Shown piece by piece: positions 44,481 through 56,842 of a stretch of DNA of 64,000 nucleotides. A model generated the notes under the pieces. It was not told where the DNA came from and did not search any database. It was given only the letters and a program-made list of their open reading frames with translations. The stretch comes from Anthoceros angustus. Lineage: Eukaryota > Plantae > Anthocerotophyta. Where the stretch lies: NCBI GenBank assembly GCA_010909165.1, contig MU008211.1, forward strand, positions 62,001 through 126,000, in the 5' to 3' direction. The translations under genes and the position numbers were made by a program. Each line of letters opens with the position of its first letter. The first letter of the stretch is position 1.

Positions 44481-47360
44481 CCATAAGGAAATCCACCAAT
44501 AAACCAAGCCGCGCAATGCCAAATCCAAATCCAAACCCAAAGCCAACGCCTAATACTTACCTAATCCCGGCACTCGCGCCCAACACCAAAATGGAACCAT
44601 CGCGACGACTTCTTCAATCAACACCCTCCTAACCTTGATCCTGCTCACAATCCCGACCAAATCACCCTCGCAATGTAACCTCCGCTATTCAACAAGGAAG
44701 GCCAACTCCGTCTCCTCGCCCACCGGCCGCAAAACACACAACCCAACAAGCAACCAACAACAACCCACCGCCAGCATGCTACAGAGCCCCTCATACACCG
44801 AGAGCACACTACAAAATGGCGAGCTGAAATTTAGAACCTCCACGTCCGACTTGCTCATGCGAGGCGGGAGAGCAACATGCATCTTGCGCAGGAGTGGGAC
44901 ACCATACCTAAGAAGTGCCCACCGATGCCGATGGGCGTCCCTTTGCATGGAGTGATGCTCATTGCCGCCGTGATCTCTCTCGCTGGTAGTGGTACTTAGC
45001 GGCTTCTACCTACTTCCAGATTTAGAACGCCACAATAAAGCGCATCAAAGTTCAACTTTGGTGTGATCCTGAGGAAGTTGGGCGAGAGAGGAAGCCGGAG
45101 CGTGATGGTGCCATCACCGCTGGAGCCGATGGAGCGGATGGTGCCGTCGCCGTGGAGTCAACACCGGCGCAGTCGGCAGCAGGTTGGGACGTCGGGTTAG
45201 GTTTGGGTAGGTTTGGGTGCGATTTAGGTTTGGCAGCGGGCGAACCAATCGCATTTTTAGGTAGGTTTGGAATTTGGTTTGGAATTCTAGGTTCGGTAAA
45301 TTCAAACAAGGTCTGGTAGAGAGAGAATGGTGGCGCCGACAGAGGGAGAAGAGTTAGGGTTTTGTATTCTATATAAACTCTTTCTTCGATGGTATTGTCT
45401 TTTCCTAGGGTAGCCCGAGGGCCGAGGTCCTTCCTCTAGCTGCGTCTTTGTTTTGTATTCCAAGGTTTCCCTATGTCCGAAGTCCGAGGTGCTGTCCAGT
45501 TTTGTAGTAGTTTGAAGGCGAATTTTTGTTGTTACTTCCAAAGCTGGTTGTTACTCGCCCAAGGTTAAGGTTGTTCGCCCAAGGCCAAGGTTTGCTCATT
45601 TAAAGGCCGGCGTGCTTGTTTTCCGAGTGTTTTGGTCTTTTGTGCGGCTTTTCTCCGCTCTTTTTCGCTGCTACCTTATATGCGCCTTCTCTTGTCGTGT
45701 GCTGTAGTTTGTTCTGTTGTTGCGTTTCATGGCGGTTGTTGAGTTCGTGTTCAGGTTTGTTTTGTGCATGCCTCTTTTTCCGCCTCCAGGTTGATGACCT
45801 TACTAAGCCGGTTGTTTATGTGTGTTCAGGTCTATTGTCTGCCAATGAGGTGCAGGTTAAGATCTTCGTGTGTGAAGTCGTTTCCTATGCGTGTCTTTTT
45901 CTGCTCGCATGTGTCTTTGTCTTCTTATTACTTCCCTCAAACCAATATAAAGGCACCTCTGACCGGAGGCTAGTAGGGAGTTTTGAAGTCGGTTGGACAT
46001 TGAAGTATGAGCGCTCGTGTTTTCATTTACGCCACGTCGATTTGCTTGTTTAGATGGATAATTGGTCTTTTATCTTTATCGCTTTGTTGAGTTTGCCGTG
46101 TTCACGATGTTCATCTTCACCGTAAGTCTTCTTATTTTGTTGCTACTGCTTCGATACATAAGAAGTTTCCATCTTTATCTCCTATTTTTGTTGTTGTCGC
46201 TTGTGTTCGCCCATCATAGAACATAGAGTTTTATGTATGTTCTTTGTCGAAGGTTTCGTTATTTTGTTTCGCTTAACATTTGGCTTGATTGTCCTCGAAG
46301 ATGTTATGCATCTTCCTGTGAGTTTCGATCTTTCTTTCTCACGTCCGTATGTTTCGCAGGGTTTGCTTAAGCTTGAAAAGATCCGACTTAATCGAATGTA
46401 TACGGAAAGTAATAACGTACGATCGTTTTTGTTTGGTTGTGTCTTCCGCTTAGGGCTTTCAAGCCTCACCATTGATTTCCGTGTTGTCTCATTCATTGTA
46501 TAGCTTTGCGCCTTTTGGTTGTGTCACATTTTACCTTTGTGTTGGTTCTTTTTCTTCGCTCATAAGTTTGCTTATCTCCGCATTCATTGTCTTGTAGACT
46601 AGCAATAAAGTTTTGTCACTTTGTAGCTTCCTTTCGCTTAATTATTTTATGTTTTGTCATGCGTAAGAGTTTGGGCTTGAAGAATATCCGTCAGAATCGG
46701 ATAATACTAGGAAGTAATTATGGTGCGATTTCATTCTTTGTTTCCAAATCGCTTTGTTTGATGTGTCATTTCGTGACTTCATATATATAGTTTCTTTGTT
46801 TTGTTTGTGGCATTTTAGTTTGCCGTTAGCTTTGTTTGGTTGCTTACTGTATGTCTTGGCGGGTGGAGAGTGTGGGGGCTTGAACAAGATCCTCAAGAAA
46901 CCCGAAATCACAAGAGGCAACTGTGGTATGTTTTCATCTTTGTGTCAAACTGCTGTGTGTTACGTGTGGTTCCGTCTGTCTGCTACATCGCTATCCGATC
47001 ACCGTTGTGTGATCATATAATCGTTGTTTGACCTTTACAGCTTCCGCCGGTTCACCGTCTGTGTCTTGACTTGTCTCGATATACTTGTCTCGTGTCTATT
47101 TCTTAATATTTTCGGCTTAATTTATGTTTTCTATGGTGTTTTAGAGGCGGGATCAATCTTATCCGGTATTTACTCTACATTATTTTAATTTGTATTTTCA
47201 TGTCATTCGATATGAAAACTCGCAAAGAAAAGGTTTCTTTGTTGGTTTTTTGTATATCCTGGATCCGCATGAATGGTATTTACCTGGATATGTTTTACTG
47301 CCAGATTTAGCGATTTTGGTGGGATTTCTAGAATGAGCTTCTATCTTGATGTACGTGGTA

Positions 47361-47549
47361 TTCACTTGGTGGCTATTTTTTTCTACCTTACTGCTATGGT
47401 TTCAACATAGATGGTGGATTATTTTCACTTGGTGGCTATTTTTTTCTACCTATTATGGTTTCAACATAGATGGTGGACTATTTTCACTTGGTGGCTATTT
47501 TTTTCTACCTTACTGCTATGGTTTCAACATAGATGGTGGATTATTTTCA
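47361..47549. repeat. ~60-63-bp tandem repeat x3
   Basis: TTCACTTGGTGGCTATTTTTTCTACCTTACTGCTATGGTTTCAACATAGATGGTGGATTA. Confidence 0.9.
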
Positions 47550-47680
47550 TCCTACATGGCATTGTTTTCTAATCTCTTGTAATAAATTTTACTATATTAA
47601 GAAAAAAAATGACCAATAGGTCAATTCTCTCTCTAGAATTCCACCCAGTTGAAAAAAAAATCAACGAGCTGGGCCGAGGC

Positions 47681-50600
47681 CTGCAGGCAGCGACTTTACG
47701 TTATAGCACTCCATACTATGCGACACGATTCCTAGGGACGGGGGTTCCTAGGATACCTCACACTCGTTCCACACACACACACACATACGGAAAGGGCGCC
47801 ACACCCATACGATTTCCTCCAGAAACGATGTTTCCCTTGTGCACTTTCCACTGCCAGCACCGGTTTGAGTTTCACAATCCACACACACAAATCTCCACTG
47901 TTAACTTCCCAACTCGTTCTCCTTCTCACTCCACTTTCGATCTCACACCTCGCATCGCGTACAGTGCTCGATCTCTCCTTCACCCGACCTTCTCTCTCTC
48001 TCTCTTCCTCTTTCGATGCGCCCACAAGCTTCCAACCATCCACTCAACACCCTCTTGATTTCGGAACACAACTAACAGGAACAAGGGTGAAGGAAAGAAG
48101 AACCCCGAGAAGCGTTACGAGCAGCTCGATTCCGCCGCCAACCTCGGTTTCCTCCTCCGTTTATCGGCAAAAGCGCTCTATCGCCCTTCCTCCCCAGGAG
48201 CAATCTCGACCACCCCTAGGAGCGTCTACACACTACCACACCCATCGGACGTCTCCAACCACCCACAGCAGCGTGGGATCTCAACCATGAATTATCGATG
48301 TAGGCGGCATTAATTGCCCTTTGTACATATCAGGGCGTCATAGCCCACAGTTTCGAGGTCTAAAAACGGCTAAACGTAAAGAGGCACGACTACAATTTCG
48401 AACGATCTTAGGTCCAGTATGGCACCGTATCCAAGGTTCTATTCCTAGGATGCTACTACCATTTGCCTACGTTATCTTCACGCTCTCCTCCGACTTGGCC
48501 GCCTGGCCCTCCGTCCTTCACTACCGCCTCCACGAGCCCTCCTTCCTCGCCGCTGATCTCACAAGTCCTCCCACAGGACCTTCACCTCGCTGCCACTGCT
48601 GGACGTCCTTTCGCACCTAATCGGGGGTATGCCTTGCCCCTGAGCTTCCTCCACTCCTGCCTGCCGCCTATTGCTGAGGATTATTATGGGCTCTTCATCC
48701 ACCCACGTGGGCATGGACTTCTTCCTCCTTAGCTCCTCCAAAACCGCCTCCGTATAATAGGGGGCCAATCCCCACACCCGGGCACAGTGGAAGAAGTATC
48801 CACTTCGGGTCCTCACTTGCAGAAGGTAAGCCCTGGTCCCTCCTATTTCCACACGAACATGGACAGTGAAGTTAAGCACGCGTTCCCCATTCACATATAG
48901 ACCAGGAACATAAGTTTCCTCATCCATGTGCCGCAACATAATAGGACCCCCTGCTGTCGCTGAGGTGCTTACCCCCTCCTCCCGTGGACTACCCCCGGCC
49001 GCCTAATCCATGGCCCCGCGCGATGCCACGTCGCCTCCTGTTGCGCCGCTCATGGCCGCCTCTGAGTTGGGCTCTCCAATGTCGGTAGCTATTTCCACAA
49101 TGTCGGTAGCAGACTCCACGACCGTCGTCTGTTCCGCAACCCTGGTAGGTGTTTCGGCTACCCCTGTTGCTTCTTCCTTTCCTCCGGTAGTTCCTTCCAC
49201 TACCCCAGTCATGGATCTGCTGCTCCGCTTCCCTTTTCCCTTCTGCTTCCTGACTCGGCCACGTGCCTCGTCCCGCTCTCGCTTGTACCGGTCCGCCAAC
49301 TTATGGGCCTTCTCCACAAAGGCCGCCTCTTGCTCTTGGGCTCGCAACAATTCCCCCTGCATCTCTTGATTTGCTTCATGGGCATCCTTGATTTGCTTCA
49401 TGGGCGCTTCCTGCTGACTCATCATGGATTGTAACTCCTCTTGGGCCCTGCGCAAATCCTCCTGAATTTTGACCCTCATCTCCTCCAGGGCCTGCTTGTC
49501 TTCCTTCAGCTGTTTCCGCTTAGCCTCCCCCTCATCGAATCGGGCCTTTACCGCTTCTTCTCATCGCCCCTTCACGCTGAGCCAGGTGAGTGCCAACGCA
49601 GCCTGATCTAGCAAATCTGACTGGGCTCGGATCATGGCTGTGGTCAGTTCCTGCAGATCCACTTGTTGAGGAGGCCCGCGCCAGACGGCATCCCCCTATC
49701 CAACACCTTCTTTCCCAGCAAGGTGCGCACCCTAACCAACTCTGTCGCGTCGACCTCTGTCGCCAAAGGAGCTCCCTTGAAAATCTCTTCCCATCCTGAG
49801 GAGGGGTCCGTTGCTGGGGTCAACCCTAATCCTTCCGGGGCCTCCGTCATCTGCATCCAGGTCAGCAAAATTGTCCTCCTCGGACCGCGCCTCTTCCTCC
49901 GCCAACTCGATCTGCCGCTTGGCCTTCATTTTCCTCGCTTTTCTCGCAGTGCAGTGCCGACGCACAGTGATGCGGCGCGTCCACCCTTCCTCTCTTCGTT
50001 GAACCTGCCTTTGGCTCCCCGGCCTTTCTCTTCTTGCTTGTGGCAACCTCCTTCCTTCCTCGAATCGCCACGCCACTCCCAAACCGCCGATCCTTCTCTA
50101 TCTCCTCCTTGGGCTCCTCCGCCTTCCACTTCACCTCCCTAAGGGCTTCCATGTGAGACAAGCCACCTTTCTACCTCAGTGCGAGGGTTAGAGTGTGCAT
50201 ACAGTGAACTAGGAATGAAAGAGGGACGAGGGAAGAGGAGGTCGATTCAACCTCTCCTCACACTTTTGTCAAAAAGAATCCGGCCCCAATCAATCCTTGT
50301 ACCCTTGACAACTTCAGAAAAAAGCAAGAAATGGTAGACAAATAATCCACCGCTTCTTGTAGGTAGAAGCAAAAGCCATCCGCCAGCCCCATCACCGTAA
50401 GTGATACCAATTCTCATGTCAACCAGCCATTGGGTTCACGAATTACGCCCGACTTGACTAGAGCCGTCATTACCAAGTGCTCCTCTTCGAGGGTTCAATC
50501 ACCAATCCACCCGCTTCCTCTCGCTCATACACTTTCGACCAATTCGATGTCCCAACCTGGCTTCTGTACGCGACAATGACGGCCACCGCACAATCCCGTC

Positions 50601-51192
50601 GTCGTGTAGTAAGGAGTCCGTTCCCAAGAGAATGATAAGCTCCGTTTGCAGCGTTCGATTCTTACTTTGGCGCGTCGCTCAACTTTAACACACGCAACCG
50701 TCGTTTTGCGCCTAACTACTCATAACGTTCACCGAACAGCCCGATGTGGCCAAACGTTTAAGACCCGCTTTGCTCAGTATCGTTCACACGCACGCCACCT
50801 GCTTTTTAGTCCGTTCCCTCATCACTCTCACTCGCTCATCAACCTTGGAAAGAACGCATGGCTACACGGTCCGGACCCTCCGTTGCTCAACGGGCCTCTC
50901 GTCGGGCTCAGATGCCCTCCCGAGTTCCTCCGGCTCACACGCCCGTTCACCGCTCGGCGTTGGGCGGCTGCTCGACGAACACGGTCCGCCGCTCTTCCCC
51001 GCACACACCACCACACGTTAGGGTCCGTCATCGACCTGATCGGGCCTCCTCTCCGAGTGCGTGCCCGCCGTGACTCGGGACTCACGTTAGCATGAAGACA
51101 CACAGTCCGCAAGAAACGCCGATCAACACCAAGAGAAGATACTTTACTTAGAGCAACCATACCTCTTATACTTCGTCGGCGTCTTTATTACA
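47681..51192 (-). mobile_element. Internal 3' region of the LTR family, copy 1: extra ORF plus truncated LTR start at 47715
   Basis: Minus ORF pieces 49862-50161, 49732-50082, 49003-49479 (coiled coil) and 48559-48939; homologous to 51579-54500. Confidence 0.7.
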
Positions 51193-51197
51193 CNAAG

Positions 51198-51578
51198 TGT
51201 GGAGTGCAGACAAAGCCGGATCCGTACGCGTGGACGCCGTGCGGTGGATCCGCGGCAGCGCCGGAAATAAGTCGCTAGGGTTTGGGTGTGGGACCCACCG
51301 GTGGTCGAAGCAACTACCCGTGAGAGCCACCGCGCCGTGGAATAAGATTTGCGGGTGGAATAAGAGTGGGTAGCTAGACAAGTCGGGTAGTTGAGAGTAG
51401 ATAGGTAAGAGGAGTAATAGCAAGTAAGTCTTGACTTAGGTGAAGGTCAAGAGCGATAGAAGTTAGCGTCTCTTGGCACAAACCATTCCCTTGGGAGCGA
51501 ATCCTAAGCCTACAACGACATTGAGGGCTTAATGTGGACCTCTACTTCGTCCCCCGGACACCTAATCCACACTCCACA
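51198..51578 (+). repeat. LTR (possibly solo) with perfect 9-bp terminal inverted repeat TGTGGAGTG/CACTCCACA
   Basis: Flanks CNAAG and CCAAC (partial TSD); homologous to the 25131 and 40900 copies. Confidence 0.75.
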
Positions 51579-54545
51579 CCAACTTCACCACATCGCTTAC
51601 ACCTCGCCGCAGACAAGGCTCGCCCACCCTTCTTCTCCTCCCTCGATTCACTTCTTCCACTTCTCTCTCTCTCGACACGCCTGCTTTCATCCACACACAC
51701 CACATACACGCTTAATTTGAACATGCCAAGGGGAAGGGTGAGGAGGAAGAACTTCGCTGCCACAGGGCCACGAGCAAGCCCTTCACCGCCCCTCGATTTC
51801 CTCCTCCGGCCGCCGAGGAGCGCCACTCACCCCTCCGCCCGCCTCGCTGAGCAAGCTCTCGACCACCCCTAGGAGCTGCCTCGCACACCCCGCCTCGCAA
51901 TCGGACGTCTCCAACCAGCCTGTGGGGATCTCAACCAAATTATCCGCCATGAGGGCACACGCCTCTTATACATCGGATGGGGCGCCATGCCCCAGATTTT
52001 TAGGTCCCAAGATGGCCATCATGAAGGGACGCACCCACAATTCGGAGCGATCTTAGGTCCAGTGCAGCATCCTATCCAAATCTATCCTTAGGGTGCTATC
52101 ACCTATCTGCCTACGCTATCTGCGTGCCCTCCCTCGACTTGGCCGCCTGGCCCTTCGTCCTCCATTGTTGCCGCCACGAGCCCTCCTGCCACGCCGATCC
52201 GACAGTCCACAATACTTCCACCGCCACCTGACGTCCTAATTTGAGGTGCGCCTGGAGCTTCCGCTTCCGCCCGCCTATTGCCGAGGATTATTACTGCCTC
52301 GCCCACCCAAGCTCGACCTCCTCCTCACTTAACTCCTCCAAAGTCGCCACATAATAGGGGCCAACCCCACACTGGGCGCAGCAGAAGTATGCACTTCAAG
52401 TCCTCACTGCGTGAGGTAGGCCCCGATCCCTCCTATTTCCACACGCACATGGACAAAGGAAGTTAAGCACGCTCCCCATTCACATATAGACCAGAACATA
52501 AGTTTCCTCATCCATGTGCCGCAACATAATAGGACCCCTCCGTGCCCGAGGTGCTTACCCTCCTCCCGTAGGCTACACTGCTGCTTGGGTCCATGTCCGC
52601 GAGGTGCCGATCCCTGCCGCCCATGGCGCCAAAGTTGGGCCTGCCATCATGTGGTGGACTCCACGACTGCCGCTGCTCAAACCCCTTGGTAGGTGTTTCT
52701 GCCACTGCGGTTGCTACTTCCTTCGTTCCTTCCACTCACCCCGCCGTGGGTCCCGTACTCCGCCTCTTCCCTTATCCTTTCTGCCTTGGCCACGTGCCTC
52801 ATCCCGCCTGCTTATACTGCTCCGCCAGCCTTTTTCCATGAGGCCGCCTTGCCCTGGCTCGCAATGCCTCCCGTGATCTCGGGTTGTCTCATGGGCATCC
52901 TTAATTTGAGCCATGAGCGCTCGACTCGACATGGCTCAGAACTTCTCCCGAGCCCGCACAAATCCTCCGAATCTTGGCCCTTTTTCCTCTAGGTCTCTTG
53001 TCTTCCTCCAGCTTGCTTGCGCTGGCCTCCCTTCACAAACCTCGCCTTCACTCCCCGCCGCACACCGAGGCCAGCGAGCCAAGGCCGCTTGATCTAACAA
53101 CCGCTTGGGCCTTGATCATCGATGTGGTCAGCTCCCGCAATCCACTGCTAGGGCGGCCCCGCGCCAGACGCCATCCCCTGCCGAGCACTTTCCTTCCCAA
53201 GAAGGTGCGCACTCACCAGCGCATCCACTGCTGCTGGAGTCCCTTTGAAAATCTCCTCCCATGCCGAGGAGAGGTCCGCTCGAGGTCGCCCACCTCCTCC
53301 GGGTTGGTTCGCCATCTCGCATCTGTGCCGTCAAGACACCGTCTTCCACCGCGCCTCTTCTCCGCCACCTCAACCCCGCCGATTGGCCTTTACTTTCTCG
53401 CGGCCCGCTGACCGTGACGTGCCCCACCTTCACCTTTTCACGAGGCCTGCCTGCCACCCCCGGTCCTTCCTCTTCTTGCCGGTGGAAATTTCTTCTTCCT
53501 CGTAGCTGCCCGCCACAGACTCCCGATTCCACCTCGATTTCCTCCTTGGGCTCCTCCGCCTTCCACTTCACCTCCCTAACCGGCTTCCACATGTGAAGGA
53601 GGCCACAATCCTGCAGCATATGCGCATAAAGATGGACCAAAATGGTGAAATTAGAGAGGGCCGAGGGTAGAGAAATCAGTTCAACCTCTCTTCACACAAC
53701 TTGTCAAGAGAATCCGTCCCCCAATCGATTTTCCTTGACAACTTCATGGAGGAACAAAAGAAGTGGTCGACAAATAATCCCGCTTCTGTGCTGTAGGAAA
53801 CATAGGAGCCATCCGCCAGACCATCAATCAGCTGCTAAGTCGCAAGGCTCACCGTTGTTTCGATTACGCCCGCCTTTAACTAGGCGGCCGTCAGGTTCCT
53901 CTTCCGGAAGGTTCCATCACCAAACCACCGCCTCCTCCTTGCGCCCATACACCCTTCTAACCACCCAGATCCCAATCGGGCTTCGCCTAATCCTCTACCA
54001 TTGCTTTGCCTTTTCGATGGCGGGGCGCACTGCATTCTGTGTTCACGTAATTCCAGCTTTCCATGAAGCCACCCCAGCTCCTTCACCACCCCACTGACTT
54101 TCCAATGATCCATGTTTGGCCATTAAGCACACTCTGTGACCTTGGGCGCCATCCTCCACACAGCCTTCCGAGTCTCCTACCGCCGACACTGGCTATGACT
54201 TCAAGTGGCGGGCCTGTGGTTCCTACCTCTAGCTTCACGAGTCGCGATGTCACCGATGGGTTCGAGCTCCTTCCCTTTGTGGGTGCGCCCGCCTCCCCGC
54301 AGATGTCCCCTGACGCAGCCTCGACTGCCGCTTCCAGCCGCCGCGCCTCCGCCGCTGCCCCACCCCGCTGTCCGAACGGACTCCATTTCCTAGGGTTAAG
54401 TCCCCCAAGTTCCCCTACCGCTCGCTTCACGACCGCTCACTCCCAATCCACAACCCCACACTCATTCACCCACCACTTGGTTGACTCCAAACCTATAGAC
54501 CATCACTCCTACCTATACCAATCCTCTACCTCACATATATAGACC
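51579..54545 (-). mobile_element. Internal region of the LTR family, copy 2 (heavily frameshifted extra ORF with its own TATA box)
   Basis: Collinear with 47880-50560; CTATATATG on minus at ~54534-54542 upstream of the ORF. Confidence 0.7.
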
Positions 54546-55140
54546 TTTTAGTGGACATCCCAGTCCATGGGCCAAGGAACATTGAGTTCTTTACTTTTAT
54601 TATCTAAAACAAACCATAGGCCAAGGACGCTTTTATAAATACCTTTGCCCATCCAACCCGACTTATTTTCACACCACACTTGACCCAAAACAAAAAAGAA
54701 AAACTACTTCAAGCACATTTCAATGGGGGTTTTAGTCTAAATCGCTTATGTTTACCGCTATCGCATTATTGTACTGGTCCCACTTGGCAATTTCTCGCAG
54801 GAGAGTGTGTGGCTGGATCCGGCTTCTTGTATGATCCGCCACCGTGCGGCTCACACGCCGCCGGCATGCAGTGGTCTTCATCCTTACGCTGTGGGGCAGC
54901 CATCTCTTTGAACTGTCCCTTCTCTCCGAAGTTCAAGTAAATATAGGTGAACTCATTGTCGCCAAGTGGGAGAGGAGGTGAGGAAGAAGGTTTAAGTTTT
55001 GGAACCGTGTGATTAGGTCGTGTTCAATCCGTGCTCAGAAGCATGAAAACTTGAGCTAAGTAGGATTACGTACACGACGTAGCTACCGATCCCCTCAAAA
55101 TGAGTTCAGTGGCATAAGAAACTAATTATGTTCAGAGGGC

Positions 55141-55400
55141 AGGAGAAATGGGAGAGTTTTGATGGAGAACGGGAATAACTAGAAAAAATTATGCCTAACT
55201 CCGTCTAAATTAGTTCTAACAATTATGGAAGGCGAGTGGGTCTTAGACGGGTGTGCAGGCTCTGGGTCAGGAATGGTTGCAGCTATCAAGTCTGGGCGCA
55301 ATATCATTTCAATAGACGTGATTCCGTGAGCGCCTACCATGGATCTACGACTGAATAATTTGGACGCCTGGCCGAACGAGGAGGAGGAGGTGGGAGAGAT
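55141..55400 (+). pseudogene. Degenerate beta-class N4-cytosine/N6-adenine DNA methyltransferase (N6_N4_Mtase) C-terminal segment
   Basis: Frame +1: NGNN*KKLCLTPSKLVLTIMEGEWVLDGCAGSGSGMVAAIKSGRNIISIDVIP*APTMDLRL, matching QKP..(16 aa)..GD.VLDPFAGSGT..AA...GR..IGIE. Confidence 0.7.
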
Positions 55401-56842
55401 CGAAGGCTATGCAAGACCCAAGACGTTTAGCAAAGAGCCGATGGTGAACCCATCGTGTGGCGAGTTTGTGGCTCTAAAGCGCCGCATTCGGCAAGAGAGC
55501 CACCGATGTTTGATGTTGTGGGAGATGTGCGTATGCATTGGCGGATGGTAAGAAAAACTGGAGACGCCATGGGCTAGACGCTGCATGATGACCGGTGCAG
55601 ATTCGTGATTTGGGCATGATGATGGGGAAGAGCAGGCTCCCATTGAGTCGTTGACCGAGAAGTATTATGATCCACCAGTGGACTCCCCTGCCTGCGCATG
55701 GGTGGACAGCAAGAAACAATTTCTAGCATCTGAATCGTTTGGTGGGGATGTGCATGGAGGACCCGATTGACAAGCATAGTTGCGTTTTACTTGTTGGACT
55801 CTTGAACAACAGATTTGTGCTTTGACTTGTATTGAGGCATATATGTCTGGCACACCAACCTCGACACGGATAGCGGTGCTTTCGGTATTGTCCGGTGCTA
55901 TCCGTTGCTGAAGTGTCCTGGCCCTTGTTTGCTAGCCTCCGGCATTCATGTTTGAGCATTGGCACTCTTCACAAAGGGATCTTTGAAACATTTGCTCATT
56001 GACAATGAAGCTGATTGGTAAATCGAATGGGTGGATGACCACATGCGGTAGCGATCCTTTTACTCATTCCTTGTTTACCCATATCTGCGGCACATTGTCG
56101 ATGCGACGCGTGATGGTGAACCAAAACCACAAGCGGCCATTCAAATCTCCACGTTGTGGAGCATGGTCTCCCATTGTAGCGGAATGGCTTTGCATCCAAA
56201 CCCCATCTGAACAAGTCTAGTTGTGCGCGGAAGTAGAAGCACTTTGGATGAGCGCGGAGGCGATTGGGTGAACACATTCATGCTATTCAACGGCCAAAGG
56301 CGAGACGACTGCCATGTCCCACGGCAGAGGGAAAGGCACAATTTCTCCTATTGTGCATCAAAGGCATCATACCAGCGTCTCGGTCTTGCACCGTGTGCGA
56401 TATATAAATCAAAACCCTTTTGACTCGAGCGGTGCGGCCGGATGTCCGGGGTCGAGTCGTTTCATTTGGTGAATCGTTCCCCACCACTTTCCTATTTATT
56501 ATGTGAACGCTTAAACACTTTCCTATATATTATGTGAGCGCTTATGTGAACGCTTATTGAAATCCTGGCTGGTGTGAAAATGTGCAAACAGACCCCACAT
56601 CGGGTATTTATCCTCAAATCTTGCGTGTTTTTTAAGGGTAGGTGATATAGTATAGAGGGAAAAAAAGAAAAATTAGTAAACAAATCTTGAAATGCACGGT
56701 TTCATTTGAAAACTCTTCATTCTTCATACATCATTTTTAAGTAAAATTTTAAAAAGAGCCTAATACACGGTTTTCCGAAAACAAACCCCTGTTTTCACAG
56801 CCTCAAAATTAGAGACGAGGAGCCGTCTCTACTTCTTAGCAG

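Noticed and set aside
44520-45300. Interstitial telomeric repeats
   Set aside because: GGTTTGG/CCAAA low-complexity tracts, not TTTAGGG arrays
47681-54545. DIRS/tyrosine-recombinase element inferred from inverted segments
   Set aside because: No YR, RT or RNase H motifs; the inversion coincides with an N and with a TG...CA LTR
55620-55920. PHD/zinc finger or a second DPPY motif (YYDPPV) downstream of the methyltransferase
   Set aside because: The cysteines are spread over different frames with stops, and DPPV after the SAM loop conflicts with the beta-class order
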